Below, one piece after another: positions 13,840-26,871 of a stretch of DNA of 64,000 bases (its first letter is position 1; every line of letters starts with the position of its first letter). Below the pieces are notes generated by a model that was given only the letters and a program-made list of their open reading frames with translations, was not told where the DNA came from and ran no database searches. Source of the stretch: Eledone cirrhosa (taxonomy: Eukaryota); the NCBI GenBank assembly GCA_964016885.1, contig OZ024754.1, positions 23,622,001 through 23,686,000 of the forward strand. Direction: 5' to 3'. Made by a program: the position numbers and the translations under genes.

Positions 13840-14644
13840 GTGTGTCTGTGTGACTAAACCGCAGAATATCGTCTTTGTTGTCGTAAGACAGTAGAGAATG
13901 ATATTTGGCTGCTATTTCTACCAGGTCAAGCAACTAGGCAAGAGTCTCTCTGCGGGTAATCAACTCTGTTCCTATGGTAGTAAGTAGGGAGATAGTCCTA
14001 GAGCCAAGGACACCGGAAGTCTCTACGGCCAAGGGCACGACCGCAAACCTGTCGAGGAGCGAAATGAGTAATTCCTTTACTTTAAAACTGTAGAGTGTGT
14101 TGGCTGCTATTTCTACCATGTTAAATAACCAGGTAAGAGACTCCCTCGTTGATACATAATAAATATTTCACTGAGTGATGCTGCTTGTTTTACTATAGGT
14201 TGGATACAATTGATGGAGTGAATTGATATAACTGAAGGTATTAAATTATGTCAGGGACTTTTAACGTATAACACCGGTTTTATTTAAGAGCTGGGGAAAC
14301 TTTGTCGACGACACCACGTACCTGCTATCTTAATTATAACTTTAATTAATTTAATTACATCTTGTGTAGCAATTATTTCATGTTAAGGTGAAAGTTAATA
14401 TTCTGTAGATAACATAGAGTGAGCTACATGTTTCAGGGTAGGTGTTCCATCACCTACATAATTAAATATTTTATTTCATGAGAAACTACGCTACATCGTG
14501 AATTGGTTGTTCCACATTTTACAGGACAGTGAGAAATAGGTTTAAATCATCAACATCTGAACAATTAGCTTTCCTGGTCTTTCTTGACTTTACATTTGGA
14601 CTTGAAATATAAAGTACGTATTATTTGTATTGTTAACACGGCAG
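13840..14644 (+). repeat. Paralogous copy of the ZNF upstream region (5600-6213), with a ~125-bp minus-strand CRE fragment at ~13937-14062
   Basis: Long near-identity with 5600-6213; the insert translates LLDRFAVVPLAVETSGVLGSRTISLLTTIGTELITRRE. Confidence 0.9.
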
Positions 14645-16387
14645 GGCACTACAACGCTGTCAGTCGTGAAAGCAGGCGAAGGTGACGTCATTCGTCATCG
14701 TTTATTTCCGTATTACTATCACGCGTAAATGGAGTTTTCACGCGTCTTTTATTTTTTTTATTAAAGCATATCGATGTAAGTGGAGTTACTTAAATGAAAA
14801 TATAGGTGGCCCTTAAAAGGGCCAAATTAGAAAACAAATTTAAGTTAATTAAAAAACAAATCATGGTTATAAAGCATATCGATGTAAGTGGAGTTAAATG
14901 AAAATATAGGTGGCTCTTAAAAGGGCCAAATTAGAAAACAAGTCATGGTTATCAAATAAATTTGATTTATTCATTTATATTTTCATAGTCATGAAATTTA
15001 AGTTTATAAAAAAATATATGGTTATCAAATTATTCACCAACCTTATTCAAAAGCATGGATACAGATGACGAATATGTTCTAAGGGCCAAATTAGAAAACA
15101 AATTTAAGTTAATTAATCAATGTAGAAAACAAGTCATAAATTTAAGTTTATAAAAAAATATATGGTTATCAAATTTTTTCCACCATTTATGAAGAAATGT
15201 TTAGAAACATTTTTTCACCAACCTTATTCAAAAGCATGGATACAGATGACAGATATGTTCTAATAACTTTTGGAAAATTTCACCTTTAAATTCATAACGC
15301 CACATGAATTCAATGAGATGGGTTTGAAGCAGATTTCTGGCTGTTCCGTTTTCCCTTTTATTCCTATTCTTTACATGTTTCCACAAGCATTCTATGTGAT
15401 TCGTTGTGGCAAATGTTACAGGATCAACAAAATTGATGGAATGGTTCACCGTCAAATGTTGATAGCCTAGCCTATCGATCGTATTATAGGAGCACCATAG
15501 ATCAGATATTATAGTTGTTCCTGGCAATATACGATCCTGTATAATAGTTAAAAGTGTCTCCGCTGTCCTGTCTTCTACTGCTACTAAAAAACATCTGGTA
15601 CCTCTTTCCAAAGCACCAAAAACCCACTGTGTTTTCACAGAATGGCCAAGATGGTATTTCCTTCTCACAAAGGCGCTTTTGTCAATCTCGACAATTCGGT
15701 TTGGCCCGCCAAGCTTAATGTTTTGTGCCATATAATACTCTGCACATACATCACGGCAAAATTTTCGCCAATCTGCTACGGCCACATTCGCGATACGACA
15801 TTCCTCTGAAATCTTCTTGGCTAAATCTTCTTTTGCCCCAAAATATAATATATCAACTATTTGTTCACATTTCAAATTACTATTTTCTAAAAATGTGCCT
15901 TTTCTAATAGACACCTGTTTTCTACATGACCATCTGACACATTTTGTTTCGCTACTTCCAACATACGTTGACCACATCAGAAGTCCTTGATTTTTCAACC
16001 AATTGATGGTTAATTCCATTAACACTTGGATATATTATAGAATTCATATTTTTCAACTTGCAAATGCGTGAAGATTAAAGTTTATTTATTTACATGTGGT
16101 GTTGGTGATGATTGGTGGGGATTGTCTCCATGGGCACTGTATCCATGCTTTGAATAAAGTTGGTGAAAATAATTTGTTTTCTAAACATTTCTTCATAAAT
16201 ATATAGGGTTGGTGAAAATAATTTGATAACCATAGTTTGGCTCTTTTAAGGGCCACCTATATTTTCATTTAAGTTAACTCCACTGTTGGTGAAAATGACT
16301 TGTTTTCTATATTGATAACCATGACTATGAAAATATGTGACGTCATTCGTCAACCTTCCCCTACTTTCACTTCTGACAGCTAATACC
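14645..16387 (-). mobile_element. Merlin-superfamily DNA transposon (IS1595/ISXO2-like)
   Basis: Imperfect TIRs gctgtcagtcgtgaaagcaggcgaagg and ccttcccctactttcacttctgacagc (23/27); transposase ORF; complex subterminal repeats; no TSD seen. Confidence 0.85.
15228..16025 (-). CDS. Merlin/ISXO2-like DDE transposase (true start uncertain)
   Basis: SIRKGTFLE, LGGPNRIVEID, RKY, WVFG, ILPGTTIISD, HLTVNHS..FVDP, TNHIE..W, LIEFMWR motifs. Confidence 0.9.
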   Translation of the reverse strand: MLMELTINWLKNQGLLMWSTYVGSSETKCVRWSCRKQVSIRKGTFLENSNLKCEQIVDILYFGAKEDLAKKISEECRIANVAVADWRKFCRDVCAEYYMAQNIKLGGPNRIVEIDKSAFVRRKYHLGHSVKTQWVFGALERGTRCFLVAVEDRTAETLLTIIQDRILPGTTIISDLWCSYNTIDRLGYQHLTVNHSINFVDPVTFATTNHIECLWKHVKNRNKRENGTARNLLQTHLIEFMWRYEFKGEIFQKLLEHICHLYPCF

Positions 16388-16411
16388 ATGAACTATATTA
16401 GTTCATGGTAT

Positions 16412-17480
<1,069 letters not shown>

Positions 17481-17839
17481 AGGCACAAACAAATATTTAT
17501 GCATGTAACAGAATGTGTGACTGTAAGTACGACAGACTCCTGTCCCCAGCTTGTCTGCGAAGTTTGAAGACCCACTTTAGTACTGAGTTGGACTATGTTC
17601 AACCCTTGTCAGCAGTGCAAGTGGGTTTTAAACAATGAAGATTATAATCACAAACACACACACTTGAGGGAAACCTTTTAAGTATAAAATGTGAAACATC
17701 CTTTTACAAATCTAAAGCTACCAACATTGTGAGGGAACCCTTAGTAGTTCTATAAAGTCCAAACATTGCTTGTCATTTTTGTAATGATATTTTTAATTGG
17801 AATTAAATTTTTATTAATATCTGATTTGTGTCTTCTTGA

Positions 17840-19395
17840 ATTCATCATCATCATCATTTAATATCTATCTTCCACACTAGCATGGGTTAGACGGGAATTG
17901 TCCCACTTGAGGCAAGATTGATCGGGTGACCGTGTCTTGCTCATATAGGACTGTATCTGGCAGGTTTTCTACGGCTGGATGCCCTTCGTAACACCAACCA
18001 CATTTACACTGTGGACTGGGAGCCTTTTTACTGCGTCTCCTACAAGACAACTTTACAGCATGGAATGGGTGCTTTTTTGTTGTGACACCTACACAACCTC
18101 TTTAGTTTGGACTTGATGTTCTGTGGAAGCAGCATGACTTTACAGAGAAAGGGTGGTGTTGGTGGGAGTGGGAGGATGGAGTCAGGTTGTATATTTGGTT
18201 AAGAGGTGCCTACTGCTAGTAAAAACTTACTGCTATGATGCTGTTAAAATATTTGTTAATCAGATAGTCGCTCCAGGTAGAGCTGCTACTTCTCTGAATT
18301 GAGAGATCACAGCTCTGATACTATGGACATGTGGTTACAATATCACAGGAAACAATTGCTAGACAGATTTTACAGGCAAAACCAACCAGCAGGAGACCCA
18401 GAGGTAGTCTCCGAGCAAGATGGTTGGATAACATCCATGAACTTGGCTGGTCTCGGTTAGAGATCCAGCTGGATCAGTTGGAGACAGTTGCTTCTGACAG
18501 ACCCACTGGAAGGAGTGTTTGAGAACTCTGCCCCCATGACCCTCTCAGAAATAAGTTGGTGAAGGAGAAAATACCTCCACTGTTCCATGCTTGTATGGAT
18601 TTGAAGGGTCATTTTCAGTACAGCATCTCTCCTCTTGTCACATTCCTTCATCATTTCCACTGTGAGTTTCATTCATTTGAGATCAACTCTCACTAACTCT
18701 GCCCAGGTCTTTCTACTGCAACTTCCTTCTGCTGGGATTTCCTTGCACTTTTTCAGTAGTAGCTTCCTAAACTTCTTCTATCCTGTCCTTATTCTAGCTA
18801 TTATGCTAATTAGATCATCATGGGATTGGAAAAGGTTTATATCACTGGCATTCTTACTATCAGTTTTCCCTGGATATCTCCTACATACAAATCCTTCCTT
18901 TCCTTTTAGTGTGTCTGCTATCTCATTTCTTCTCTTGTGTACCCAAGATTTACATTATATACATTATATAGAGTTTATACCTACTCCTTTTCTACATATT
19001 GAGCCAGGCCACTTCCCAGATGAGATCAGTACCCTTCTTTCCTACTTATTAACACTTTACTTGTTGCTATGTTCATTCTTAGTCCTTTTGATTCTAGGTT
19101 CTGTTTCCACAGCTGGAATATATTTTCTAGTTCTATGGATTCAGCTATGAGGACCAGATCATCAGCATACAGAAGTTCCCATGGAGAACTATGATAAACG
19201 GAGTAGGTTAAGAACTGAACCCTGATGAACTCCTACCTGTACCTTGAATTCCTCACTAAACTTCCTACTCACAACTTCCATCTCACAACCCCTCTGTACA
19301 TGACTTCCACAGTATTACAAGCTCCTCTTCTACACTTAGTTTCTGTAAGGACCATCAGATAACATATAGTTCTTTGTCAAAGTCTTTCTCTAGAC
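17840..19395. mobile_element. Mosaic of RTE LINE fragments: minus-strand 3' UTR and RT piece, plus a + strand 3' fragment at ~18270-18560
   Basis: (CAT)n tail and ggatgcccttc; LRYYGHV..IARQILQAKPTSRRPRG on +; PWELLYADDL and VHQGSVL on -. Confidence 0.8.
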
Positions 19396-19560
19396 CAGGG
19401 TTTCCGAACCTTTTTTCAACCAGCTCCCATATCAAATTAAATTTCAAATAAGATACTGAATTCATCTGACATCAAATCGGTACAAAACCTAAAACAAATG
19501 TCTGTGGTTGGGCCTTTAATCACCAGGGGTCAATTTAAGTTTAATCACAGAAAGGAATTC
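19396..19560 (+). mobile_element. Possible hAT-like terminal fragment
   Basis: CAGGGTTTCCGAACCTTTTT start abuts the truncated RTE; the other end was not found. Confidence 0.35.
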
Positions 19561-20019
19561 AAAACGGCAACATACTCTCACATATACACAATCATATACA
19601 TACAAACATACACAAACACATAGATATCAGCCACTCCCAAAAGTCAGTTTCATCCAAAATTCTGACCACCATTCTTTATATATTTGCACAGAAATACACA
19701 CATTCAGCTTTTCACTTTTATTCATTTTTTAGTCATCTGTCACCATTCATCTGTTTTTTGTTTTGGGGTTTCACTTTAGCGACAGCAGTTACATATGGTG
19801 CCAGGAATTCGCTTGATGTCGCCAAAGTGGAAAAAGTGTTTTTTTTATTTTTGAAAACGCCAGAATATAATTCTCCTTGCTATATATATATATATAGAAG
19901 AAGGAGAATTATATTCTGGCGGTTTTCGAGCTTATTCTGAAGTCCGTACAAAAGACTTGCTGTTGTTGATTGTTTAACTAAACGTAAGAGTTTAAAGAAA
20001 GAGAAATCTGTAATGGATA

Positions 20020-20262
20020 ATTTCACTGCTATTTCTAGAAGGGTGAGAGACTACGTAGATATGTAATTGATATTTTACTGAGTGATACATTTTGATTTAC
20101 CAGCAATTAAATACGATTGGAACTGTGTCTGAATGTATTAAATTATATCAGGGACTTTTAACATATGATACCGGTAAGAGAGGTGAAACATTGTCAATGA
20201 CACCGAGTACCTGCTGTCTTCATTATAACTTTAATTAATCTAATTATATCTTGTGTAACAAT
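20020..20262 (+). repeat. Partial diverged copy of the ZNF upstream region
   Basis: tattaaattatatcagggacttttaac...gaaacattgtcaatgacacc..gtacctgct...ttataactttaattaatctaatta matches ~5810-5940. Confidence 0.75.
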
Positions 20263-20427
20263 TATATATATATATATATATACACACATAATTTTATTTC
20301 CCCAACATCAGTGTTACACTGTCATATCTATTCTTATTTTACAATTGTGTCTACTAAGAGTTCCATTACAATCTGTAGTAGTAAAACTACTATTTCACCA
20401 GAACATTTGCTATCAGTCATTTATAGA

Positions 20428-20476
<49 letters not shown>

Positions 20477-20903
20477 AGACCACATATCAACCTAATATAT
20501 ATATATTTCCTATCAAATCTGTAGCTAAAGATATAAAGTCAGCCTCACTACTTCATTCTGACAAGATATCAATTTATGACTAATGATGAAGAAGATACAC
20601 CAACGTTAATGTCGTGAAATAAAGCTGATAACATCTTTGAAACATCTAATTTGATAACAAAGAGATTATTTCTTTGAGTGTTTAGTAAAAACTAACAACA
20701 CAACATTGATTATATCTGAAGGAGGTAAGTTGACAAAGATTTACTTAATGTCTGTATTAATGTATGTAAATAATATAATTATGTGAACTCTTCAACGATC
20801 CAGTAATTATATACAAGCGAAAATATATTTCTTTCTCATGACTTATGAAAGTGTTATATATATATACATATATATGTACATATATATATATACATATATA
20901 TGT

Positions 20904-20943
<40 letters not shown>

Positions 20944-20984
20944 ATATATCTATATATATATCTATATATATATATACCTATATA

Positions 20985-21052
<68 letters not shown>

Positions 21053-21058
<6 letters not shown>

Positions 21059-22010
21059 CCGTTACCTGGGTGACAAAATCAGCAGTGGGGGAGGGTGTTC
21101 TGAAAGTACAGTAGCTAGAGTTAGAACGGGATGGAAAAAGTTCAGAGAGCTTATACCACTATTGGCCGCTAAAGGGTTCTCTCTAAAAATGAAAGGCAGG
21201 CTGTATGATGCCTGCATACGAACAGCAATGTTACATGGCAGTGAGACCTGGGCATTGTGTGCAGAGGATATACGCAGACTGGAGAGAAACGAAGCTTGCA
21301 TGCTCCGCTGGATGTGTAATAGTAATATACGTGAACGGCAAAGCATAAACGAACTAAGGGAGAAATTAGGAATAAGAGGGATCAGATGTTGTTTATTCGA
21401 GAGAAGACTACGTTGGTACGGTCACGTGATGCGCATGAAAGACGACAGCTGTATAAAAAAGTGCAGGGCGATAAAAATAGACGGTAGCCACGGAGTAGGC
21501 AGACCCAGAAAAACCTGGGACGACTTGATAAATTCCAACCTCACACACTTACACCTTTCCAAGACAATGTCACTGGACCGAGATCTTTGGCGCTACACAG
21601 TTATACAGAAGACCCGCCTTGCCTAAGTACAAAGTGAAACCTACAGTCAGTAGGCACCTCTAACAAAATACACCCCGTCCCACTACCCCCACCCCATCCA
21701 CACCACCCCCTTAAATGTGAAGTTATGTTGGTACCACAACATCCAGTCCGAAACAAATGAGGTCGTGTAGGTGTCATGACAAAAAAAAACACAGTCCACG
21801 CTGTAATGTGGCCATGTAGGTAACACGGTAAAAACCTTCCAGTCCACATTGTAAATGTGGTTGGTGTTAGGAAGGGCATCCAACCGTAGAAAACCCACCA
21901 GACAGTCCTATACAAGCAGGATAACCAATCTTGCCTCAAGTGGGAAAACATCTGTCCAAACCCATGCAAGCATGGAAGATGGACGTTAAACGATGATGAT
22001 GATGATGATA
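21053..22010 (+). mobile_element. 5'-truncated RTE LINE (young subfamily) next to (TA)n
   Basis: [13 protein letters not shown]...[19 protein letters not shown], 3' UTR and (GAT)n tail. Confidence 0.92.
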
Positions 22011-22093
22011 CAGAAATAAAACTTCCAAACTGAAATGTTGATGTGTTATTTTTCAATAACCAGATTCCACTTTTACATGTGATGTAAAATATA

Positions 22094-23288
22094 TCTATAT
22101 ATTAATTTCAACAATGTCGGTATTCCGTGTGTCATAATTCTTTGATTCATAGGTTTCAAACGACTCCGCCCACCTCAACGACGCCAAACTTGAATTAATA
22201 TGCTTAATGACAATGAGGGAGTGAGAGGGGAGAGTAAGAAACAGAGAGGCAAAGTGAACGCTGTGTTGGATACACTATGTATATGTGTCAGTGTAGAGAC
22301 GTGTGTGTGTGTGGAAATAAGAGGGGAAGGAAAGCAATAACTATTAACATGTGTGCGTCTATGTATGTGCGCGTATGTTTATGTGTGTGCGAGCGTGCAG
22401 CATTCCACAGAAAGTAAAAACTATCAAAATGTGTGAGTGTGTGCGTGTGTGTAAGTGCACAGATGCGTGTGTAAGTTTGCGTGCGTGTGTGCGTTTCCAT
22501 GCGTGTATGTGTGTGTACGTGCGGCATTCCACAATCGCCACACAGTTTATCTGTCTGTGTGCCTGTCTGTCAGTCTAACATACACAGAGTTGTGAAGGGA
22601 GTAAATAGGGACCTTTTTTTACATTGACTGACATCTTTTACATTTCTTATTGTGTCATTTTTTGACAATTGCTCGAAATGAATACTGATAATAAAAGCAA
22701 TTCGACTTTATCAAACAGTGAACTACAGCGGCGACGGCATGCAGCCAGGAATGAAGAAAAACGGGCCAAACAGCACCATCGCAACGCCAAACTTCAGAGG
22801 CGAAGACGTGCCACCATGAATGAAGAGGAGCTGGCTGAACAACGCCAACGAAACACTGTAGCCAAGCAGCGACGGCGTGCTGCGATGGTTGAAGACGAAC
22901 TGGCGGAGCATCATCTTTTATATTAATTATCTATATCTATATCTACATATAATATAAAAGATTGGAACTTCCTTCATCCTTTTGAGAAACGTGGAACAAC
23001 CACGTCTATGCAATGATACACGTTTTACAGTCAGGCAGAAGATGAACCATCTCCTAGAGGTCACTATTCTAGATGGGAGCACCTAGAATTGTTCATATAC
23101 TATGCACAAACGGTACAACGAAGAATCTGGTATATCTGCAAGATTTTTTTTACTGTTTTTTGTATCACACAGACACCACGGACTCGCCTCATACTGTAAC
23201 CAGACAAACAGCCAATACAGTCATTTTCTCTTTTACCTGTCTTCTCTTATCATCTATTTACCCGGGCGAAGCTGGGTACGTCAGCTAG
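22094..23288 (+). mobile_element. Internally deleted Helitron
   Basis: A|TCTATATATTAA 5' end; Arg/Glu-rich repeats typical of RepHel N-termini (22669-22926); helicase C-terminal remnant NGTTKNLVY; 3' hairpin TACCCGG gcgaag CTGGGTA followed by CTAG|T. Confidence 0.75.
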
Positions 23289-23299
23289 TTGTTATTATG

Positions 23300-23515
23300 A
23301 CTGTCTTTATTATTTAAAATACCTCCGTCCATTTAATTATCTTGTTCACTACCTTACATTATAAAATATAGTTTATATTTAGCTGTGCCTTGTTATTGCT
23401 TTAAGTAAATTAAAGATATCTTTATTATCTAAAATACCTCTGTCTATGTTGTTCACTACCTTACATTATAAAATTTATTTTATATTTAGCTGTATTTTGT
23501 TGTTGTTTCAGGGAA
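23300..23515. repeat. ~115-bp tandem duplication
   Basis: tctttattat.taaaatacctc...ttgttcactaccttacattataaaat occurs twice. Confidence 0.75.
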
Positions 23516-23566
23516 GTTTTGTTGATTTTAGTCTAAATCTATTTTGATTTAATTTACTTCATCTAC

Positions 23567-24582
23567 ATCATCATCATAGTTTTATGTCGGTTTTTTTAAT
23601 CCTGGCATGGGTTGGTGGGTCCTTTTAAGCACATCTCGCCACTCGCTCGTTCCTTCGTTATCTCCTCTGTGAGTCTCAGCAATTTGTGATCAGCTCTCAC
23701 CACATCTGCCCTGGTCTTCCTAGGTCTACCTCTAGTATGGCTTCCCTCCTCTGGTATTCCGTGGCACTTCTTTAACCAGTGATCATCATCCATGCATATC
23801 ACATATCCATACCAAAGCAGTCTTCTCCCTTGCACACCACTTCCGTTTCCTCTGAAGTCCAATTTCTTCCTCATTTTATCCAAGCTCTGCCTTCCTCTCA
23901 CATTTACGTTGCACATCCAATGAAGCATGGTTGCTCCATTTCTCTCCAGCTTATGCATGTCTTCTGCAGTTACTGCCCATGTTTCATTTCCATGCAGTAT
24001 TGCACTTTAGACACAGGCATTGTACAGCCAACATTTTTGTACATAGGGAGAAACCTTTATTTGCCAACAGTGAAAGTAGCTCTCTAAACTTCAATCCTAT
24101 CCTCTCTTACGAAGCACCCTCCTCCGCTGCTAATTAGGTTACCTAGATAGCGGAAGCTATCATTGTATACAGTTTACGCCTACTCATTTTCTACATATGC
24201 AGTAGGGTCACTTATTCTCTAGTTCTTTTATGGATTCAGTTATAAGGACCAGATCATTCACATAGACTGTTTCCCGTGAACAGCCAGTCTTAAACCCATT
24301 GGTTATGGCCTGGAGAACTATGATGAACAGCAGTGGGTTGTGAACTGAACCATGATGAACACTTACCTGTACATTGAATTCCTCAATAAACTCCCTTCCT
24401 ACTCTCACTTTACTGACAGCTCCTCTGTACATGGCTTGCACTGCTCTCACAAACCATTCTTCTACACCTAAATTTCTGAAGGACCACCAGATAACAGAGT
24501 GAGGTACTCTGTCAAAGGCCTTTTCTAGATCAATAAAAGGTAAATATTGCAGCTTAATCTTGGCTTGGAACTTCTCTTGTAG
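23567..24582 (-). mobile_element. Decayed RTE LINE (RT to 3' end)
   Basis: FIDLEKAFDRVPHSVIWW, VHHGSVHNPLLFIIVLQAIT, WYGYV..GRPRKT. Confidence 0.88.
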
Positions 24583-25680
24583 TTTTTTTTTTTTTTTTTT
24601 TTTTTTTTTTGAGAGAGAGAGAGAGAGAAAGGGTGGATTTATTATTTCACTTCAAATTGCGAATTAAAGGTTGTGGTTTAGCAGAATTGTAAAATAAACA
24701 TAACCACTTTAGATGACGCTGTATATCAACTATAGTTCTGTATAGGATTGATGAGTTAATATCTGTATACAACAACTACAATGGTATGCGATGGGGCCCA
24801 CCCACAGCCCCAGCGGACAGAATGGAGAAGGCGTTTCCCTGGCGGACGGCAAGGGAGACGCGCTGGAAAAGCCACTCCAACTCGTGGGGCTCACACCTGC
24901 GGCTGGCCAGCTCAGCGCCTATGGTGGTGAGTAATGAGGTAGGCCTGAGGCAGGGGACACCAGAAGTCTCCACTGCCAGGGGTATGACCACAAACCTGTC
25001 GGAGAGCGACCGGTATTTGAGGAGTTTGGCCCCCTCAGCCCGACATGCAGCAGAACCTGGGTCAGTCGCAGACTGCACCAGGTTGCGGTTGGAGAAAGTG
25101 TCAGTGCAAGTGGCATCCCAGATGAGGGGTTTGCCACTGCGGAACGGGAAGATGGTCATGCCATCTGGCCATTTGCCGTCCCCTCGAGCTGGGAAGGGAA
25201 GCCTGCAGCGTCCAAGCCTTACTTAATGACCTCGTTGAGGGCAGCATGGCGGGGAGTGCGGCCGGCACTGTGGCGACAAGAAAGCAGGTGGAGGCTGAAA
25301 GAGTCCACGGTGGAACCGCAGTGACATTGTGTGGCTGGCAGTAGAGAAGGAGGGCAGGGCATGGAGCCAGGCACCACTGTGGGGTTTGGAGGCTGCACAA
25401 AAGCAAGCAAGGCGGTGCTGGTCGAGCTGGTGCGTGAGCCTGTCTGAGGCCAGGCTGCACTGGATGGCATCCCAAGTGCGTGGGGGGGGGGGGGGGGGGC
25501 TGACGTCAACAGGGGGAGAAGGAGGAGGGACGTCTACTGGGCTAAGTCCCAGCCGGTCCCACGTCTCACAGGTGGCCTCACATTCTCTGAACACAGATGG
25601 TTCTGTTGTGTTTTGAAGAACCCTGCTGACGAGGACGCGGCACGAGGTTCCAGCCACAAGTCTCATCAATTATTCCAAAG
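24583..25680 (-). mobile_element. 5'-truncated CRE-clade non-LTR retrotransposon with restriction-like endonuclease and poly(A) tail
   Basis: CHCG..HLLSC zinc knuckle, RH..LN, PDG..PF..GKPLIWDAT, E..K..KY, PLAVETSG, QRVSLAVRQGNA; GC-rich; poly(T) on + at 24583-24610. Confidence 0.85.
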
Positions 25681-25691
25681 AGATTGTCAAT

Positions 25692-26002
25692 TATATATGT
25701 GTGTTTGTGGGTATTGAACATTAAAAATAGAACAAAAGTCTGAGATATGGTCTTAATTAGTTCATTGTTTTAGGGTCGTTTCAGAGGGTTGATTGATCAT
25801 AGTAAATCAATATATTGATATGGTGTGATTGATCAGGGATTTTGGGACTAGAAATAGTTAGTGACATGACAACTACCTGTTTGTCAATATATCAATCTAC
25901 CATGATCAATCAAACCTCTGAAATGATCGTAAAACAATGAACTAATTAAGAAAATATCTTTGTCTCTAGTTTTATTTTCATTGTTCAAAACACACATATA
26001 TA
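25692..26002. repeat. Fold-back/MITE-like inverted repeat (~130-bp arms)
   Basis: cttaattagttcattgttttagggtcgtttcagagggttgattgatcat versus atgatcaatcaaacctctgaaatgatcgtaaaacaatgaactaattaag; ends tatatatgtgtg...cacacatatata. Confidence 0.8.
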
Positions 26003-26182
26003 TGAATGACTCTGTAACTCTAGAAGGAACTTCTTTGAAGGAACCTTATGTGATGAGATCCTACTACAAAAACTAAAACTTTCACCACCGAATCATGTTG
26101 AAACGATCTCTTCAAGGCTGCAATGATTTCTAACCATGTTATCGGTCTCACCCTGAACACTTGAATACTAGTATATATATAT

Positions 26183-26340
26183 AGGATCGGACGCCATGCT
26201 TTCCAGCATAGTTACGTCCCTTTATGATCTGAGTTCAAATCCCGCCGAGGTTGACTTTGCCTTTCATCCTTACGGGGTCAATAAAATAAAGTACCAGTGC
26301 ACTGGGTGATTGCTGGCCTTGTGCCTAAAGTAGAAACAAG
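26183..26340 (+). mobile_element. tRNA-derived SINE (main family in this window)
   Basis: B box gagttcaaatcc; core cgccgaggttgactttgcctttcatccttacgggg; tail gtgcctaaagtagaaac. Confidence 0.85.
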
Positions 26341-26345
26341 TATAT

Positions 26346-26463
26346 ATATAGAAATGGCTTCTACAGGACTAGAACTGTTTCATTCGGGAAAAATCATCAG
26401 GAAGCTTCCAGATGATTTCTCCCGAATGAAACAGTTCTAGTCCTGTAGAAGCGATTTCTATAT
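26346..26463. ncRNA. 118-bp palindrome made of two head-to-head hammerhead-like motifs
   Basis: Minus strand 26405-26357 reads GCTTC CTGATGA..GAAA CAG..CTG TA GAAGC; the + copy has CAGATGA; stem II is weak; 3 mismatches between arms. Confidence 0.6.
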
Positions 26464-26528
26464 TAAATATTTATACTCTGCCAAGTATTGAGTACCTTAC
26501 TTACTGTTGTTACCCCCAATTGAACCCG

Positions 26529-26568
<40 letters not shown>

Positions 26569-26871
26569 ACAATCGTTGCTATCCTATAATTCCGTCTCAC
26601 TGTTCTAAATTAATCTTCTCCACGCTTGTTCTAAATTAATCTTCTCTTTGCTACCATTTTGGCCGAAAAAGAAAAAAAAAAATTTTCCAGCATTCATAAA
26701 AATAGATTCTCTCGCCCATCAAAATCGCTATTACTCCCACTCTCTCTAACATATACGTCCCTCTCGCTCTCACACTCCCTAATATAAATAAGAATGTTAC
26801 GAAGGACAAAACCTCAGAATTTGTCAACTCTTATTAAATGGTCAGTCGATTCTACGAAAATGTAATGTATT

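Noticed and set aside
15228-16025. Bacterial IS1595 contamination or recent horizontal transfer
   Set aside because: Motifs fit eukaryotic Merlin transposases, and the element is embedded in host ZNF paralogous sequence with similar AT content
18635-19150. 171-aa hydrophobic ORF as a membrane protein
   Set aside because: It is the antisense frame of a purine-rich decayed RTE
20838-21626. 262-aa ORF as a gene
   Set aside because: Chance fusion of a TA tract with a 5'-truncated RTE C-terminus
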